Source of the DNA: Rhabdothermincola salaria
GTDB taxonomy: Bacteria; Actinomycetota; Acidimicrobiia; Acidimicrobiales; Acidimicrobilacustridaceae
Reading direction: 5' to 3'
NCBI RefSeq assembly: GCF_021246445.1
Contig: NZ_JAJQXW010000001.1
Span: 930,001-994,000, forward strand
DNA length: 64,000 nucleotides
Shown piece by piece: positions 37,015 to 46,875 of the stretch. The first letter of the stretch is position 1. Each line of letters begins with the position of its first letter. The notes beneath the pieces were generated by a model, which was given only the letters and a program-made list of their open reading frames with translations, made no database searches and was not told the origin of the DNA. Position numbers and translations under genes: made by a program.

Positions 37015-37068
37015 GAACGTCCTCCCTCGGCGCAGGTGCCGCCCCACGGCGGCCTGATGCCTGCGAAC

Positions 37069-37752
37069 CTACCCTGCCCGGGCGGCTCGGCCCTCCCGCA
37101 GGGCGCGGATCCCGGCCGGGACGTACATCACCGCCGCGTAGTAGCTGAGGACGAGGCCCGGGACGGCGAAGGCCCAGGCCATCACCGCGGCCTCGTCGGC
37201 CCACCACATGGTGCTGGCTCCGGCGAGGAACAGCGGGAAGGCGAACATCAAGGCGAACGTGCCGGCCTTGCCGAACCAGGTGACGTCGATCCGAACGGCA
37301 CCCAGCGCGGCCAGCGTGAGGGTGGCACCGGCCACCAGTCCCTCGCGGACCAGCACGGCGACGCACAACCACAGCGGGGCGGCGCCGTCGATGATGATGG
37401 CCACGATGGCGACGAAGAACAGCAGGCGGTCCGCCACCGGGTCGAGCACCTTCCCGAGCGTCGACACCTGGTGCCAGCGGCGGGCGATGTACCCGTCGAC
37501 CCAGTCGGTTGCCCCGAGTCCGGCGAGCAGCCAGGCGGCCGCGCCCTGGTCCCCCTGGCCGAGCAGCAGCCACACGAAAACGGGGAGCAGCGCCAGGCGG
37601 ACGAAGGTGATGACGTTGGGCACGGTGACGATGCGGTCCTCCCCGGCCACGTCGTCGCGGTGGACCTCGATGGCGTGCTTCTCGGAGGCGGCCTGGGCGC
37701 TGACCGGGCGTGCGCCGCGTCGCACGGGGTCCGGAGGCGGGGACGCGGGCAT
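37069..37752 (-). CDS. CDP-alcohol phosphatidyltransferase (PgsA2-like)
   Basis: TVPNVIT, TDWVDGYIARR...GKVLDPVADR; start approximate. Confidence 0.92.
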   Translation of the reverse strand: MPASPPPDPVRRGARPVSAQAASEKHAIEVHRDDVAGEDRIVTVPNVITFVRLALLPVFVWLLLGQGDQGAAAWLLAGLGATDWVDGYIARRWHQVSTLGKVLDPVADRLLFFVAIVAIIIDGAAPLWLCVAVLVREGLVAGATLTLAALGAVRIDVTWFGKAGTFALMFAFPLFLAGASTMWWADEAAVMAWAFAVPGLVLSYYAAVMYVPAGIRALREGRAARAG

Positions 37753-37778
37753 GGTTCGCACTCTACGATCACCGTCCC

Positions 37779-38183
37779 ATGACCACGATCTTCACCAAGA
37801 TCCTCACCGGCGAGCTCCCGGGGCGCTTCGTCCACCGTGACGAGACCTGTGCCGCCTTCCTCACCATCGCCCCCATCACGAAGGGCCACACCCTCGTCGT
37901 CCCCGTCGCCGAGGTCGACCACTGGACCGATCTCGACGACGAGGTGGTCGCCCACCTCATGGTGGTGGCCAAGAAGGTCGGCGAGGCCCAGAAGCGGGCC
38001 TTCGGCGCCGATCGGGTGGCCCTGATGATCGCCGGGCTGGAGGTGCCCCACACCCACCTGCACGTGCTGCCCATCCGCAGCGAGCGCGACATGGACTTCG
38101 CCAAGGCCCAGGGCGACGTCCCGGCCGAGGAGCTCGACGCCGTCGCCGATGCACTGCGGGCCGAGGTGGAGCGCGGGCAGTAG
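37779..38183 (+). CDS. HIT family protein
   Basis: TIFTKI, GHTLVVP, VPHTHLHVLP. Confidence 0.93.
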   Translation: MTTIFTKILTGELPGRFVHRDETCAAFLTIAPITKGHTLVVPVAEVDHWTDLDDEVVAHLMVVAKKVGEAQKRAFGADRVALMIAGLEVPHTHLHVLPIRSERDMDFAKAQGDVPAEELDAVADALRAEVERGQ

Positions 38184-38196
38184 GACGGCTCGCCCG

Positions 38197-38940
38197 TCAG
38201 AGCAGGCTGGACTGCCCGGGGAGCTCACCCTCCGGGACCGGGTCGACCTCGTCGACGAGGTGGGCGCCCTTGTTGCGCACGTTGTTGACCTCGGTGCTCA
38301 CCGGTCGCAGGGCCACCAACGAGGGCGGCGCCGGCACCAGGAGCCGCCCGAGGACCTCGAGATCGTGCACGTCGGGGTCGAGCCAGGTGTCCCACTGCGA
38401 CCGGGGCAGGATGACCGGCATCCGGTCGTGGACCGGACGCACCGTCTCGTTGGGCTCGCCGGTGATGATCGTGCACGACCGCAGCGACCCCCCGCCGGCC
38501 TCACGCTCGGCGTCCGAGGCGCCGGGGTCACGCCACACCTCCCAGAGGCCGGCGAACGCCAACGGCTCGCCGTCGGGTCGGTGGATGTAGACGGGTTGCT
38601 TGCGCTTCTGGCCCGGGACGGCCTTCCACTCGTAGAAGCCGTCGGCCGGGACCAGGCACCGCCGCTTCTGGAAGGCCGGCTTGAACGCCCCCTTCGACGC
38701 GAGGGTCTCGGCTCGGGCGTTGATCATCCGGTTGCCCACCGACGGGTCCTTGGCCCAACGCGGCACCAGGCCCCAGTGCATGGGGGTGACCCGCCGGGTC
38801 CGGCCGTCGGCGAGCACGACGTAGACGTCGTTGGTCGGGGCCACGTTGTAGCTGGGTTCGAGGGCCGCTTCGGGGGCTTCGGCATCGAAGTACCGAGCGA
38901 TCTCCCCGGGCGGGGAGGCAGAGACGAAGCGGCCGCACAT
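38197..38940 (-). CDS. SOS response-associated peptidase (SRAP/HMCES/YedK family)
   Basis: MCGRF, YNVAPT, INARAET, DGFYEW, HDRMP. Confidence 0.95.
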   Translation of the reverse strand: MCGRFVSASPPGEIARYFDAEAPEAALEPSYNVAPTNDVYVVLADGRTRRVTPMHWGLVPRWAKDPSVGNRMINARAETLASKGAFKPAFQKRRCLVPADGFYEWKAVPGQKRKQPVYIHRPDGEPLAFAGLWEVWRDPGASDAEREAGGGSLRSCTIITGEPNETVRPVHDRMPVILPRSQWDTWLDPDVHDLEVLGRLLVPAPPSLVALRPVSTEVNNVRNKGAHLVDEVDPVPEGELPGQSSLL

Positions 38941-38980
38941 GGTCGTGACGGTAGTGGCCCGGGGCGGGACCGCAAGGGGG

Positions 38981-40558
38981 TCAGGCGGGGTCGACGTCGG
39001 CGTCGGTGAAGCCGACCTCGGGGCGCAACGTCGGGAACAAGATGACCTCTCGGATGCTCTCCACGCCGGCCAGCAGCATCACCAGGCGATCGATGCCCAT
39101 GCCCATCCCACCGGCCGGGGGCATGCCGTACTCCAGGGCCCGGATGTAGTCGAGATCGACGTCGGCGGCCTCGGGGTCGCCGGCGGCCTTGTGGGCCGCC
39201 TCCTCGCGGAACCGGGCCAGCTGCTCGGCGGGGTCGTTGAGCTCGCTGTAGGCGTTGGCCAGCTCGCGACCGTCGACGATCACCTCGAAGCGCTCGACCA
39301 ACGTCGGGTCGTCTCGATGGGGCTTGGCCAGCGGCGACGTCTCGCGAGGGTGGTCGAGCACGACCGTCGGTTCCACCACCTTGGGCTCGACCAGCTCGTC
39401 GTAGACCTCGTGGGTGCAGCGCCCCGCGCCCCACGAGTCGTCCCAGGCCAGGCCCAGGCCGTCGAGGACGGCACGCGCCTCCGCCACCGGCATGGCCGGG
39501 TGGATGTCGACGCCGACGGTCTCGGCGATGAGCTCGACCATGGTGACCCTGCGCCACGGTCCGGCCAGCTCGATCGTGCGTCCCCGGCACTCCACGGTGG
39601 TGGTGCCGTTGGCGGCCTGGGCGGCCGCCCCCACCAGCGCCTCGGTGAGCTCGATCATCTCGTTGTAGTCACCGAAGGCCTCGTAGGCCTCGAGCATGGT
39701 GAACTCGGGGTTGTGGCGGGTGTCGATGCCCTCGTTGCGGAACACGCGGCCGATCTCGAAGACCCGTTCGAACCCGCCCACCAGGAGCCGCTTGAGCGGG
39801 AGCTCGAGGGCGATGCGCAGGTAGGTGTCGAGATCGAGGGCGTTGTAGTGGGTGACGAACGGCCGGGCCGTGGCCCCGCCCTGTTGGAGGTGCAGCATCG
39901 GCGTCTCCACCTCGAGGTACTCCCGCTGGCGCAGCACCGCGCGGACGGCATCGACCGCGGCGACGCGCACCTCGAACACCCGCCGAGCGTCGGGGTTGAC
40001 GGTGAGGTCGACGTAGCGCTGACGAAAGCGCGTGTCCACGTCGGACAGGCCCTTCCACTTGTCCGGGAGGGGCCGGACCGCCTTGGAGAGCAGGACGAAG
40101 TCGGTCACCTTGACCGACAGCTCGCCCTTCCTGGTCACCATGACCGTGCCCTCGACCCCGACCCAGTCGCCTCGATCGAGGTCGTTGAAGTCGGGCATCC
40201 GCTCCTTGCCGAGCACCCCGGCGGACACGAACAGCTGCACCTCCCCGGAACGGTCTCGCAGCTGACCGAAGGTGAGGCGCCCCTGTTCCCGCTTGAGCAT
40301 CAAGCGGCCGGCGACGCGCACCTCGACGTCGGTCTCCACCCCGTCCTCGAGGCCCTCGAACTCGGCCCGCAGCTCCCCGATGGTGCGGTCGCGGTCGAAG
40401 CGGTAGGGGTAGGGATCGATCCCGCGCTCGCGCAGGGCGGCCACCTTGTCCAGGCGCTGCGCCCGGATCGACGCCCTCTCGACCGCCGCCTCGGCGTCGC
40501 TGAGCTCCTCGACGACCTCGGCGTCGTCGGCGCCGCTCGTGGTGGCATCGGGGGTCAT
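38981..40558 (-). CDS. lysS: Lysine-tRNA ligase, class II
   Basis: RQRYVDL, GGATARPF, FRNEGID..HNPEF, GIDRLVM, ILFP; TAGGAG RBS. Confidence 0.97.
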   Translation of the reverse strand: MTPDATTSGADDAEVVEELSDAEAAVERASIRAQRLDKVAALRERGIDPYPYRFDRDRTIGELRAEFEGLEDGVETDVEVRVAGRLMLKREQGRLTFGQLRDRSGEVQLFVSAGVLGKERMPDFNDLDRGDWVGVEGTVMVTRKGELSVKVTDFVLLSKAVRPLPDKWKGLSDVDTRFRQRYVDLTVNPDARRVFEVRVAAVDAVRAVLRQREYLEVETPMLHLQQGGATARPFVTHYNALDLDTYLRIALELPLKRLLVGGFERVFEIGRVFRNEGIDTRHNPEFTMLEAYEAFGDYNEMIELTEALVGAAAQAANGTTTVECRGRTIELAGPWRRVTMVELIAETVGVDIHPAMPVAEARAVLDGLGLAWDDSWGAGRCTHEVYDELVEPKVVEPTVVLDHPRETSPLAKPHRDDPTLVERFEVIVDGRELANAYSELNDPAEQLARFREEAAHKAAGDPEAADVDLDYIRALEYGMPPAGGMGMGIDRLVMLLAGVESIREVILFPTLRPEVGFTDADVDPA

Positions 40559-40833
40559 GGGGGCTCCTAGCAGCAGACGACGGCGGCGAGCGCGACGGCG
40601 GGGTGCCGACGGGCACCCCGCAGCGCAGATCTGGTCGGGGGCGCCCAGTCGAGCCGCACCCTCGGTCGGATCGACACTATCGGATGGCGACCGGACCCCG
40701 AGGTGGGGGTTCGCTCCGCTCGGGAGGGGTAGGACCTCGTCAACACCGCTCCCACCCGGGGGCGACCGACGCCTGTCCGAGCCCCACCCTGGAGGGTGAA
40801 CCCCGTGGCCCAGCCGATGCCGACCCTGCTGCC

Positions 40834-41832
40834 ATGACCCACCGGTGGCTGCTCGCCCAGGCCGGCGACGAGATCGCCGACGTGCAGGAACAAGCCCAGA
40901 GCTGGATCGACCGAGCCGTCGATTCACTGCCCCGCATCGGCATCGCCGTCGGGGTGCTCCTCGTCATGTGGGGGGTCTCGGTCGGCGTCCGCCACCTGCT
41001 CGCCTACCGCTGGCGGCGCACGCGGACGCCCAGCTTCGCCGCCGTCATGTCCCGACTGGTCGGCTGGGTGATCGTCGGGCTGGGGATGTTGGTCGCCCTC
41101 GTTGTCGGCTTCCCGAGCATCGATCCCGTCGACATGGTCGCCGGCCTCGGCATCGTCTCGGTCGCGGCCGGCTTCGCCTTCCAGGACATCTTGTCCAACC
41201 TGTTGGCCGGTCTGCTCCTCATCGTCCGCCAGCCCTTCATCTCGGGCGATCAGATCGAGGTCGACGACCACCACGGCACCGTCGAGGGCATCACCATCCG
41301 GGAGACCTCGATCACCACGTTCGACGGCCGCCGCGTCCTCATCCCCAACCGCGACGTCTACCAGGGGGCGGTCGTCATCCAGACCGCGCACCCGGCGGTG
41401 CGCAGCGAGCTGACCGTCGGTTGCAGCTACGACGACGACCTCGAGGTGGTGACGGCCACGGCCCTGACGGCCCTGCGTTCGTGCCCCGGCGTCCTTCGCG
41501 AGCCACCTCCGGAGGCGTTGCTGTGCGAGTTCGGGGAGTCGACGATCACCCTCGAGCTCTGGTTCTGGAGCGACCCGCACCAGATCGAGGTCCGCCGCAC
41601 CCAGCACCAGGTGGTGCTGGCGACGAAGGCCGCCTTCGACCGAGCCGGGCTCTCCATGCCCTGGCCGATCGTCACCTTGCAGGCCGGGCCGTCGATGAGC
41701 AGAGCCCTGGGCGATGCGCCGGATGCGGCCGGGGACGACGATCCCCGTGATCGGGACGACGCGGGACCTTCACCGTCGGCCCCGGGGGGCGACCCGGGTC
41801 AGGACAGCGAGGTGGCGAACAGGCCGTCGTAG
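40834..41832 (+). CDS. MscS family mechanosensitive channel
   Basis: Three TM helices, GFAFQDILSNLLAG, PFISGDQI, IPN. Confidence 0.9.
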   Translation: MTHRWLLAQAGDEIADVQEQAQSWIDRAVDSLPRIGIAVGVLLVMWGVSVGVRHLLAYRWRRTRTPSFAAVMSRLVGWVIVGLGMLVALVVGFPSIDPVDMVAGLGIVSVAAGFAFQDILSNLLAGLLLIVRQPFISGDQIEVDDHHGTVEGITIRETSITTFDGRRVLIPNRDVYQGAVVIQTAHPAVRSELTVGCSYDDDLEVVTATALTALRSCPGVLREPPPEALLCEFGESTITLELWFWSDPHQIEVRRTQHQVVLATKAAFDRAGLSMPWPIVTLQAGPSMSRALGDAPDAAGDDDPRDRDDAGPSPSAPGGDPGQDSEVANRPS

Positions 41833-42950
41833 GCGAGACCCCACGGTGGACGGAGGAAGCCGAGGGCGCGCACGTCCTCGAACCAGTGAGCGAAGGGCGA
41901 CCGTTGCGAATAGGTCCCTCCCCCGAGGACCCGACCAAGGCGGCGCACGACGTCCTCGGCCAGCTCGGCCCCTGCCTGCTTGGCCCGCAGCGCCCCGTGG
42001 ATGGCGACGGTGGGGTCTCCCGTCTCCGTCGCCCGGACGCCACCCTCGAAGGCCTGGACCATGAGCCAGTGCTCAGTCTCGGCTCGAGTCCACTCCACCT
42101 GCTCGTAGGCGCGGAGGTCCTGCGCCTTGGCGGCGATCGTCGGACGCGCGGTGGCCACCGCCTCGTCGACAAGACCCAGGATCACGGCCGTGAACAGGCA
42201 CGAGATGTAGGCCCCGCTGTTCTGCGTCAGGTCGCTGAGCGGTCCGGGGTACGCCGCTCGGACGGCTGGCGCCCCCTCGAGGTCCATGGCGTGGCTCTGG
42301 GTGGCCTTCATGCCGGTCCCGTCCCACTCGGCGAGGAGGCGCATGCCGCCGGATCCGTCCCAGGAGCGGTCGCTCGTGTCGAGGACGAACAGCGACGGGC
42401 TGTCCTCGCCCTCTGCGACCGCGGTCGTGACCATGAAGTCGGCGATGCCCGAGCCGCTCCCGAAGTGCTTCTGACCCACCAGGCGATAGCCGTGTCCCGG
42501 CAGGCCCACGTCGACCGCCGGATCGGGCGTCGCAACCGTCCGCGTCCTCGAGATGTCGCCGCCACTGCCGGGCTCGGACGTGATCGTGCCCCACTGGGAC
42601 CCGGACACGGCTGATGCGAAGACGGCCCGTCGCTGCTCGGCCCACTCCGATGCGTCCCCCTCTGCGGTCGCCGCCCAGTAGGCGAGGACGGCGGGGTGCA
42701 TGGCGGCCACCAGCGCCACGGCGGGGTCGGCCCCGCCCAGATCTCGCAAGGCACCGGCCAAGGGGCGAACGGAGCGGACGACGTCCTCGAAGCCCCCACC
42801 GGCGACGACCGGCGCACACGCGGCGAGGAAGCCGGCGTCGGCCAGGGCGCGGAAGTCGGCAGGGTCGAGGTGGCGGCGGGTGAGGCGTTCGGCTCGTTGC
42901 TCGCGCCACTCGGTCGCGAGCGGTGCGACGGCGGCCTGCAACTCGGACAT
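41799..42950 (-). CDS. Acyl-CoA dehydrogenase-like flavoprotein
   Basis: SEPGSGG, GQKHFGSG, WDGTGMKATQSH, LGG; GGAGGA RBS. Confidence 0.8.
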   Translation of the reverse strand: MSELQAAVAPLATEWREQRAERLTRRHLDPADFRALADAGFLAACAPVVAGGGFEDVVRSVRPLAGALRDLGGADPAVALVAAMHPAVLAYWAATAEGDASEWAEQRRAVFASAVSGSQWGTITSEPGSGGDISRTRTVATPDPAVDVGLPGHGYRLVGQKHFGSGSGIADFMVTTAVAEGEDSPSLFVLDTSDRSWDGSGGMRLLAEWDGTGMKATQSHAMDLEGAPAVRAAYPGPLSDLTQNSGAYISCLFTAVILGLVDEAVATARPTIAAKAQDLRAYEQVEWTRAETEHWLMVQAFEGGVRATETGDPTVAIHGALRAKQAGAELAEDVVRRLGRVLGGGTYSQRSPFAHWFEDVRALGFLRPPWGLAYDGLFATSLS

Positions 42951-43264
42951 GGCGACCACGACATCCTCCACGACAGATCGTCATCCGACCGCTCCCAGCG
43001 TGCTCGCTCGGCATCGACCTGTCCACGACCAGCGTCGGGGATCGGCCCGCTCGACTCTCACCCGGCCCCCTCGTCGCCGCTTTCCGGCGACCTCGGAGCC
43101 CAGCGACCGCCCGCCGGGGCGGGCGCCGTTCGAGCCGATCTGGCAAAGGAGATGACCCAGGACCCTGGTGAGGACGGGTGCCGGGATCGACAGTCGAAGT
43201 AGGCGACCGGCCCTTCCGCCGTCCGAGCGGGCGGCGCTGGTCGACGCAGTGTCGGAGGTGCATC

Positions 43265-44320
43265 ATGCGCGCCCGCCCATCCGCCCGGGGTTCCCTGACC
43301 GAGCGTCAGGCAAGGGGTGGCGGCGCACCCTCGGCGGTTCGCTCCCACCGCTGGCGCCGACCCGGGCTGTTCGCCCTGCTCGTGCTCTCGCTCCTCGTTG
43401 TCGCCTCGTGCGACCCCAACCCCTACCAGGGGTCGCCGGACGGCCCCCAGCTGACCATCGTCGGCGACAGCCTCGTCTGTGACATCGAACGCCAGGCCAA
43501 CGACCGCTTCCTCTACGAGGGCTGGCACGTGTCGGTCACCGCGCTCGGCGGGTACACGGTGCAGGACCACGAGGGCACGATCCGCAAGGTCGCGGCCACG
43601 AACCCACAGGTCGTGGTGATTGCGCTGGGCGCCAACGACATCCGCGAGATCAGCGAGGGGCTGCAGACCTACGACGAGTACCGCCGCGACGTGCGCGTGA
43701 CCCTCGACATCCTGCGCAACGTGCCGTTCCTCGTCTGGGTGGGTGTGACCACCACCAACGGCTACTGGGGGCCCGACGGGGACCACCGGGTCGTAGGACC
43801 GTGGATCAACCTCATCACCGTGGTCGAGCTGGCCGCATCCGGGCGGGTCCCGGGTACGACGCTCTACGCCGACTGGGCCAGCGAGTCGGCTGGACGGATG
43901 GACTACTTCGTCGCTCCGGGGAACGTGCACCACTCGGCGCTGGGCTGCGCGGCCTACCTCGACCTCATCGATCGTGCGGCCGCCTCGTTCCCGGGAAGCC
44001 CCATACAGCGGCCGCTGGACTCGGTGAGCGTCGGCCCTGGTTGAGCGCGGATCGTCGGGTGGGCGGCCGACCCCGACAGCACGACGACCGACATCCACCT
44101 CTACGTCGACAACCGTTGGGGCGGAGCGTTCACCGCCGACCGCCATCGCCCCGACGTGGCGCTCGCCCTCCCCCAGTTCGGGGCGTACCGGGGCTTCGAC
44201 GTGACCTTCCCGGTGTCGTCGGGACCGCACACGATCTGCGTGTAGGCCATCGACCAGGGCCCCGATGCGCCGAACCTGCTGGTGGCGTGCCGTGAGACCT
44301 GGGTGTCATCGGCTGGCTGA
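43265..44320 (+). pseudogene. SGNH-hydrolase-like lipoprotein whose C-terminal domain is interrupted by two nonsense codons
   Basis: Lipobox VASC, IVGDSL, LGAND; the frame continues past TGA 44042 and TAG 44243 as GWAADPD...HLYVD...RPDV...GFD...GPHTICV*AID to TGA 44318. Confidence 0.7.
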
Positions 44321-44535
44321 GCCGCCGACCGGTGGTGCCGCCACACATGGGGTGGCCGCCCCGGCCTTCGATCTGCACAAGCGGGCCGGCAGCCCTCTGA
44401 CCAACCCGCTCGTCGAATGGAGCCTCCGCGTCGTCTTGGCCTGTGCGCAGGTCTCGCGGACGGCTCCCCCCCCCCTCCGGTCCCACGGGATTCGACCATC
44501 AGGCGATGCGCGGCAGCCGGCGCGGCGGCAGGCCC

Positions 44536-46371
44536 TCACCGGTGCGCCGCCGACGTGGCGACGCTCCCGTCGTGGCCGCCGAGGAGTTCGCTGTCTCGAC
44601 GTTTGGACAGGCCTGCGTCATCGGTGAGGTAGGTCGTGGTGGAGGGGAAGGCGAATCCGCTGCCGGCGGCTTCGATGATCTCGTGGATCAGCAACAGCAG
44701 CTCCTGCTGCACTTCGGTGAACACGCTGTACCTGTCGGTGCCGATGTGGGCGCGGACTTCGATGTCGATCGACGACGCCCCGAACCCGCAGACGCGCACC
44801 CGTGGGAAGTCCGTCTTGTCGAGCACCATGGGGTGAGATCGGAATCGGGCATCGATCGCGCTGACGATCGTCCGCAGTTGGTCGACCGTGGTTTCGTATC
44901 GCACACCTACCGTGTGGACGAAGAGGATGTGGTTACGCTCGCTGTAGTTGGTCACCTTGGCCCGACTGAGGTCGGCGTTCGGCAAGGTCACCTGGGTGTC
45001 ATCCAACCGTCGAATCCGCGTCGATCGTGGGCCGATCGCCTCGACGGTGCCGAACTCGTCGTCGACTCGAATGTCGTCGTGGACCCGGAACGGCTTGTCC
45101 AGATACACGGTGATGCCGCCGAGCAGATTCTCGAGTGTGCTCGTCGCCGCGAGTCCCACGGCGAGGCCGGCGACGCCGGCGCCAACCCCCAGCCCGATGG
45201 TTGGGACCCCGACGCGGGACAAGCCCATGAGTGCGAGAGAGAACGCGCCACCGAGACTGACCACCTTGGCGAGGAGGCGCAACAGGTGTGCGTCGATGCT
45301 CTCGTCGCGGATCGCCGGCGTGGCGATGATCCATTCGACGGCGAGCTTGGTGACGACCCAGAACGCCCAAGCCATCGACGCCCAGATCACCAACGTCACG
45401 AGGACATTGGCGATGGTTGCGGCGTTGCCGCTGTGGTTGACCTGCTCGTCCATGAATCGCCGAGCGACCCCGATCAGGATGAGCAGTAGGACCGGCGTCG
45501 TCAGCTGGTGCACGTACCCGCTGAGTGTGCCTGGTGTGCCCCGGCTCCCGACCCACCGCTGCCAGAGCCCGATGGTCACTACGACCAAGCCGAGGACGAC
45601 CACGTCGACGATCAACTTCCACAGCGGCGAGCCGAGAAAGTCGCGGTCGAACCCATCCGGGAGAGAATCGACGAGGGAGCGCGGTACGAGATGGCCTGTG
45701 AAATTGGCCTCCTCCTGAACCCAGTTGCGGACCTCCACCTCCTCGTTGGGCGGGAGACCGTCGACGTCCTTGCGCCAACCGGGGAGCCGGGAGACGGTCT
45801 CTGCGGAGAAGACGTAGTCGTCGGCGCGCGCTCCCTCGTCGACGCGCGTGATCTTGATCTCCGTCCCCGGCAGCGTGTAGCCCGTGATTCCACCGCCGGT
45901 GAAGAGGAACGGAGCGTCGGTTTCGGGGAACGTGAACTCTTCGGTTGCCCGAGCGGCAGCCTCGACCTCTGCGGCGTCGGGGATCTCGTCGACAGCCGGT
46001 GGCGGGATGCGGTTCAGGATGTCAGCCAGGCTGGTGAAGGAGACCACGATCGCCTCGCCCTGATTCGCTTCGGACACCTCGGAGAAGTCGAACAGCTGCT
46101 CGGTCCTCTCCAGCGCCGAGTCGAACGCCGCTTGGTTTGCTTCGGAGCGGTCCTGCTCGTACGTGAGCAGGAGTTCTTCGAGGAGTTCGACCTGTGCCAC
46201 GAACGACAGATAAGTGGCCTGCGGGCTTGACGTGTCCAGCGGCTCCAGCGGGTTCTCCTGCGCGTGCGCGGGAGACGGGCCGAGCAGGACTGCGGCGATC
46301 ACGGCCAGCGCCGCCACGATCGTCACCCGGCGTGCCGAACCCACCGGCCCCATGATCTGCCGTCGAGTCAT
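44536..46371 (-). CDS. Large MscS family protein with an extracytoplasmic N-terminal domain
   Basis: Signal peptide, DTSSPQAT, GLAVGLAA..TLENLLGG, DKPFRV, FAFPSTT; start approximate. Confidence 0.88.
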   Translation of the reverse strand: MTRRQIMGPVGSARRVTIVAALAVIAAVLLGPSPAHAQENPLEPLDTSSPQATYLSFVAQVELLEELLLTYEQDRSEANQAAFDSALERTEQLFDFSEVSEANQGEAIVVSFTSLADILNRIPPPAVDEIPDAAEVEAAARATEEFTFPETDAPFLFTGGGITGYTLPGTEIKITRVDEGARADDYVFSAETVSRLPGWRKDVDGLPPNEEVEVRNWVQEEANFTGHLVPRSLVDSLPDGFDRDFLGSPLWKLIVDVVVLGLVVVTIGLWQRWVGSRGTPGTLSGYVHQLTTPVLLLILIGVARRFMDEQVNHSGNAATIANVLVTLVIWASMAWAFWVVTKLAVEWIIATPAIRDESIDAHLLRLLAKVVSLGGAFSLALMGLSRVGVPTIGLGVGAGVAGLAVGLAATSTLENLLGGITVYLDKPFRVHDDIRVDDEFGTVEAIGPRSTRIRRLDDTQVTLPNADLSRAKVTNYSERNHILFVHTVGVRYETTVDQLRTIVSAIDARFRSHPMVLDKTDFPRVRVCGFGASSIDIEVRAHIGTDRYSVFTEVQQELLLLIHEIIEAAGSGFAFPSTTTYLTDDAGLSKRRDSELLGGHDGSVATSAAHR

Positions 46372-46784
46372 CGGCGAAGCCGCGCCGAACTGATCGGTCT
46401 CGAGGCGTTCCTGACCACGAAGGAGATTGTGACTCATGGGAGCCGTGGCGCCGAAACCCGGCTTCGCCGACGAGGAGCAACGACGGGCGAGCGAATCGCC
46501 GAGCTGAACAGCGAGGTCGACCAGCTCCCCCGTCTGCTCATCTCGAACCGAGCGGTTCATGACCTGCACCTCGAGACCGTGTGCCCACGGCAGTGCGAGA
46601 CCGTCGACGTCTCCGTCGACGACGAGGTTGGATCGATCAGTCCCCGCAGCGTGCTCGAGCTGACGCATGCCCAGCGACACCGGCGGGACAAGGGGCTCAC
46701 AGGACGGTGTCGACAGACCGTTGACATCGGGCTGTTTCGGGGGCCGAGGCCGCCGCCCCTGCGGGCGGCTGACCTGCGGAATGT

Positions 46785-46862
46785 TGGTCGGGCTGGCGGG
46801 ATTCGAACCCACGACCTTCGGTCCCCCAGACCGACGCGCTAACCAAGCTGCGCCACAGCCCG
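46785..46862 (-). tRNA. tRNA-Pro(GGG)
   Basis: Full cloverleaf CGGGCTG...TCGGT-CTGGGGG-ACCGA...GGTTCGAATCC...CAGCCCG-ACCA with encoded CCA. Confidence 0.97.
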
Positions 46863-46875
46863 TGGAGGCGACACC

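Noticed and set aside
34471..37782. 1103-aa + strand ORF and many similar long alternative ORFs
   Set aside because: Antisense or off-frame shadows of well-supported genes, expected in high-GC DNA; no recognisable motifs
38941..38990. PafBC-dependent promoter (TGTCGG-N10-TA) before SRAP or pafA
   Set aside because: No match at the required spacing by eye
40560..40830. T-box or lysine riboswitch upstream of lysS
   Set aside because: No T-box consensus or lysine aptamer motifs found
44042..44245. Selenocysteine or pyrrolysine recoding of the TGA/TAG
   Set aside because: Two different stops at non-catalytic positions, no evident SECIS; decay is the simpler explanation
46372..46812. N-terminal extension of the large MscS ORF
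   Set aside because: Runs into the tRNA and precedes a clear signal peptide; the true start is probably near 46371 or 46353
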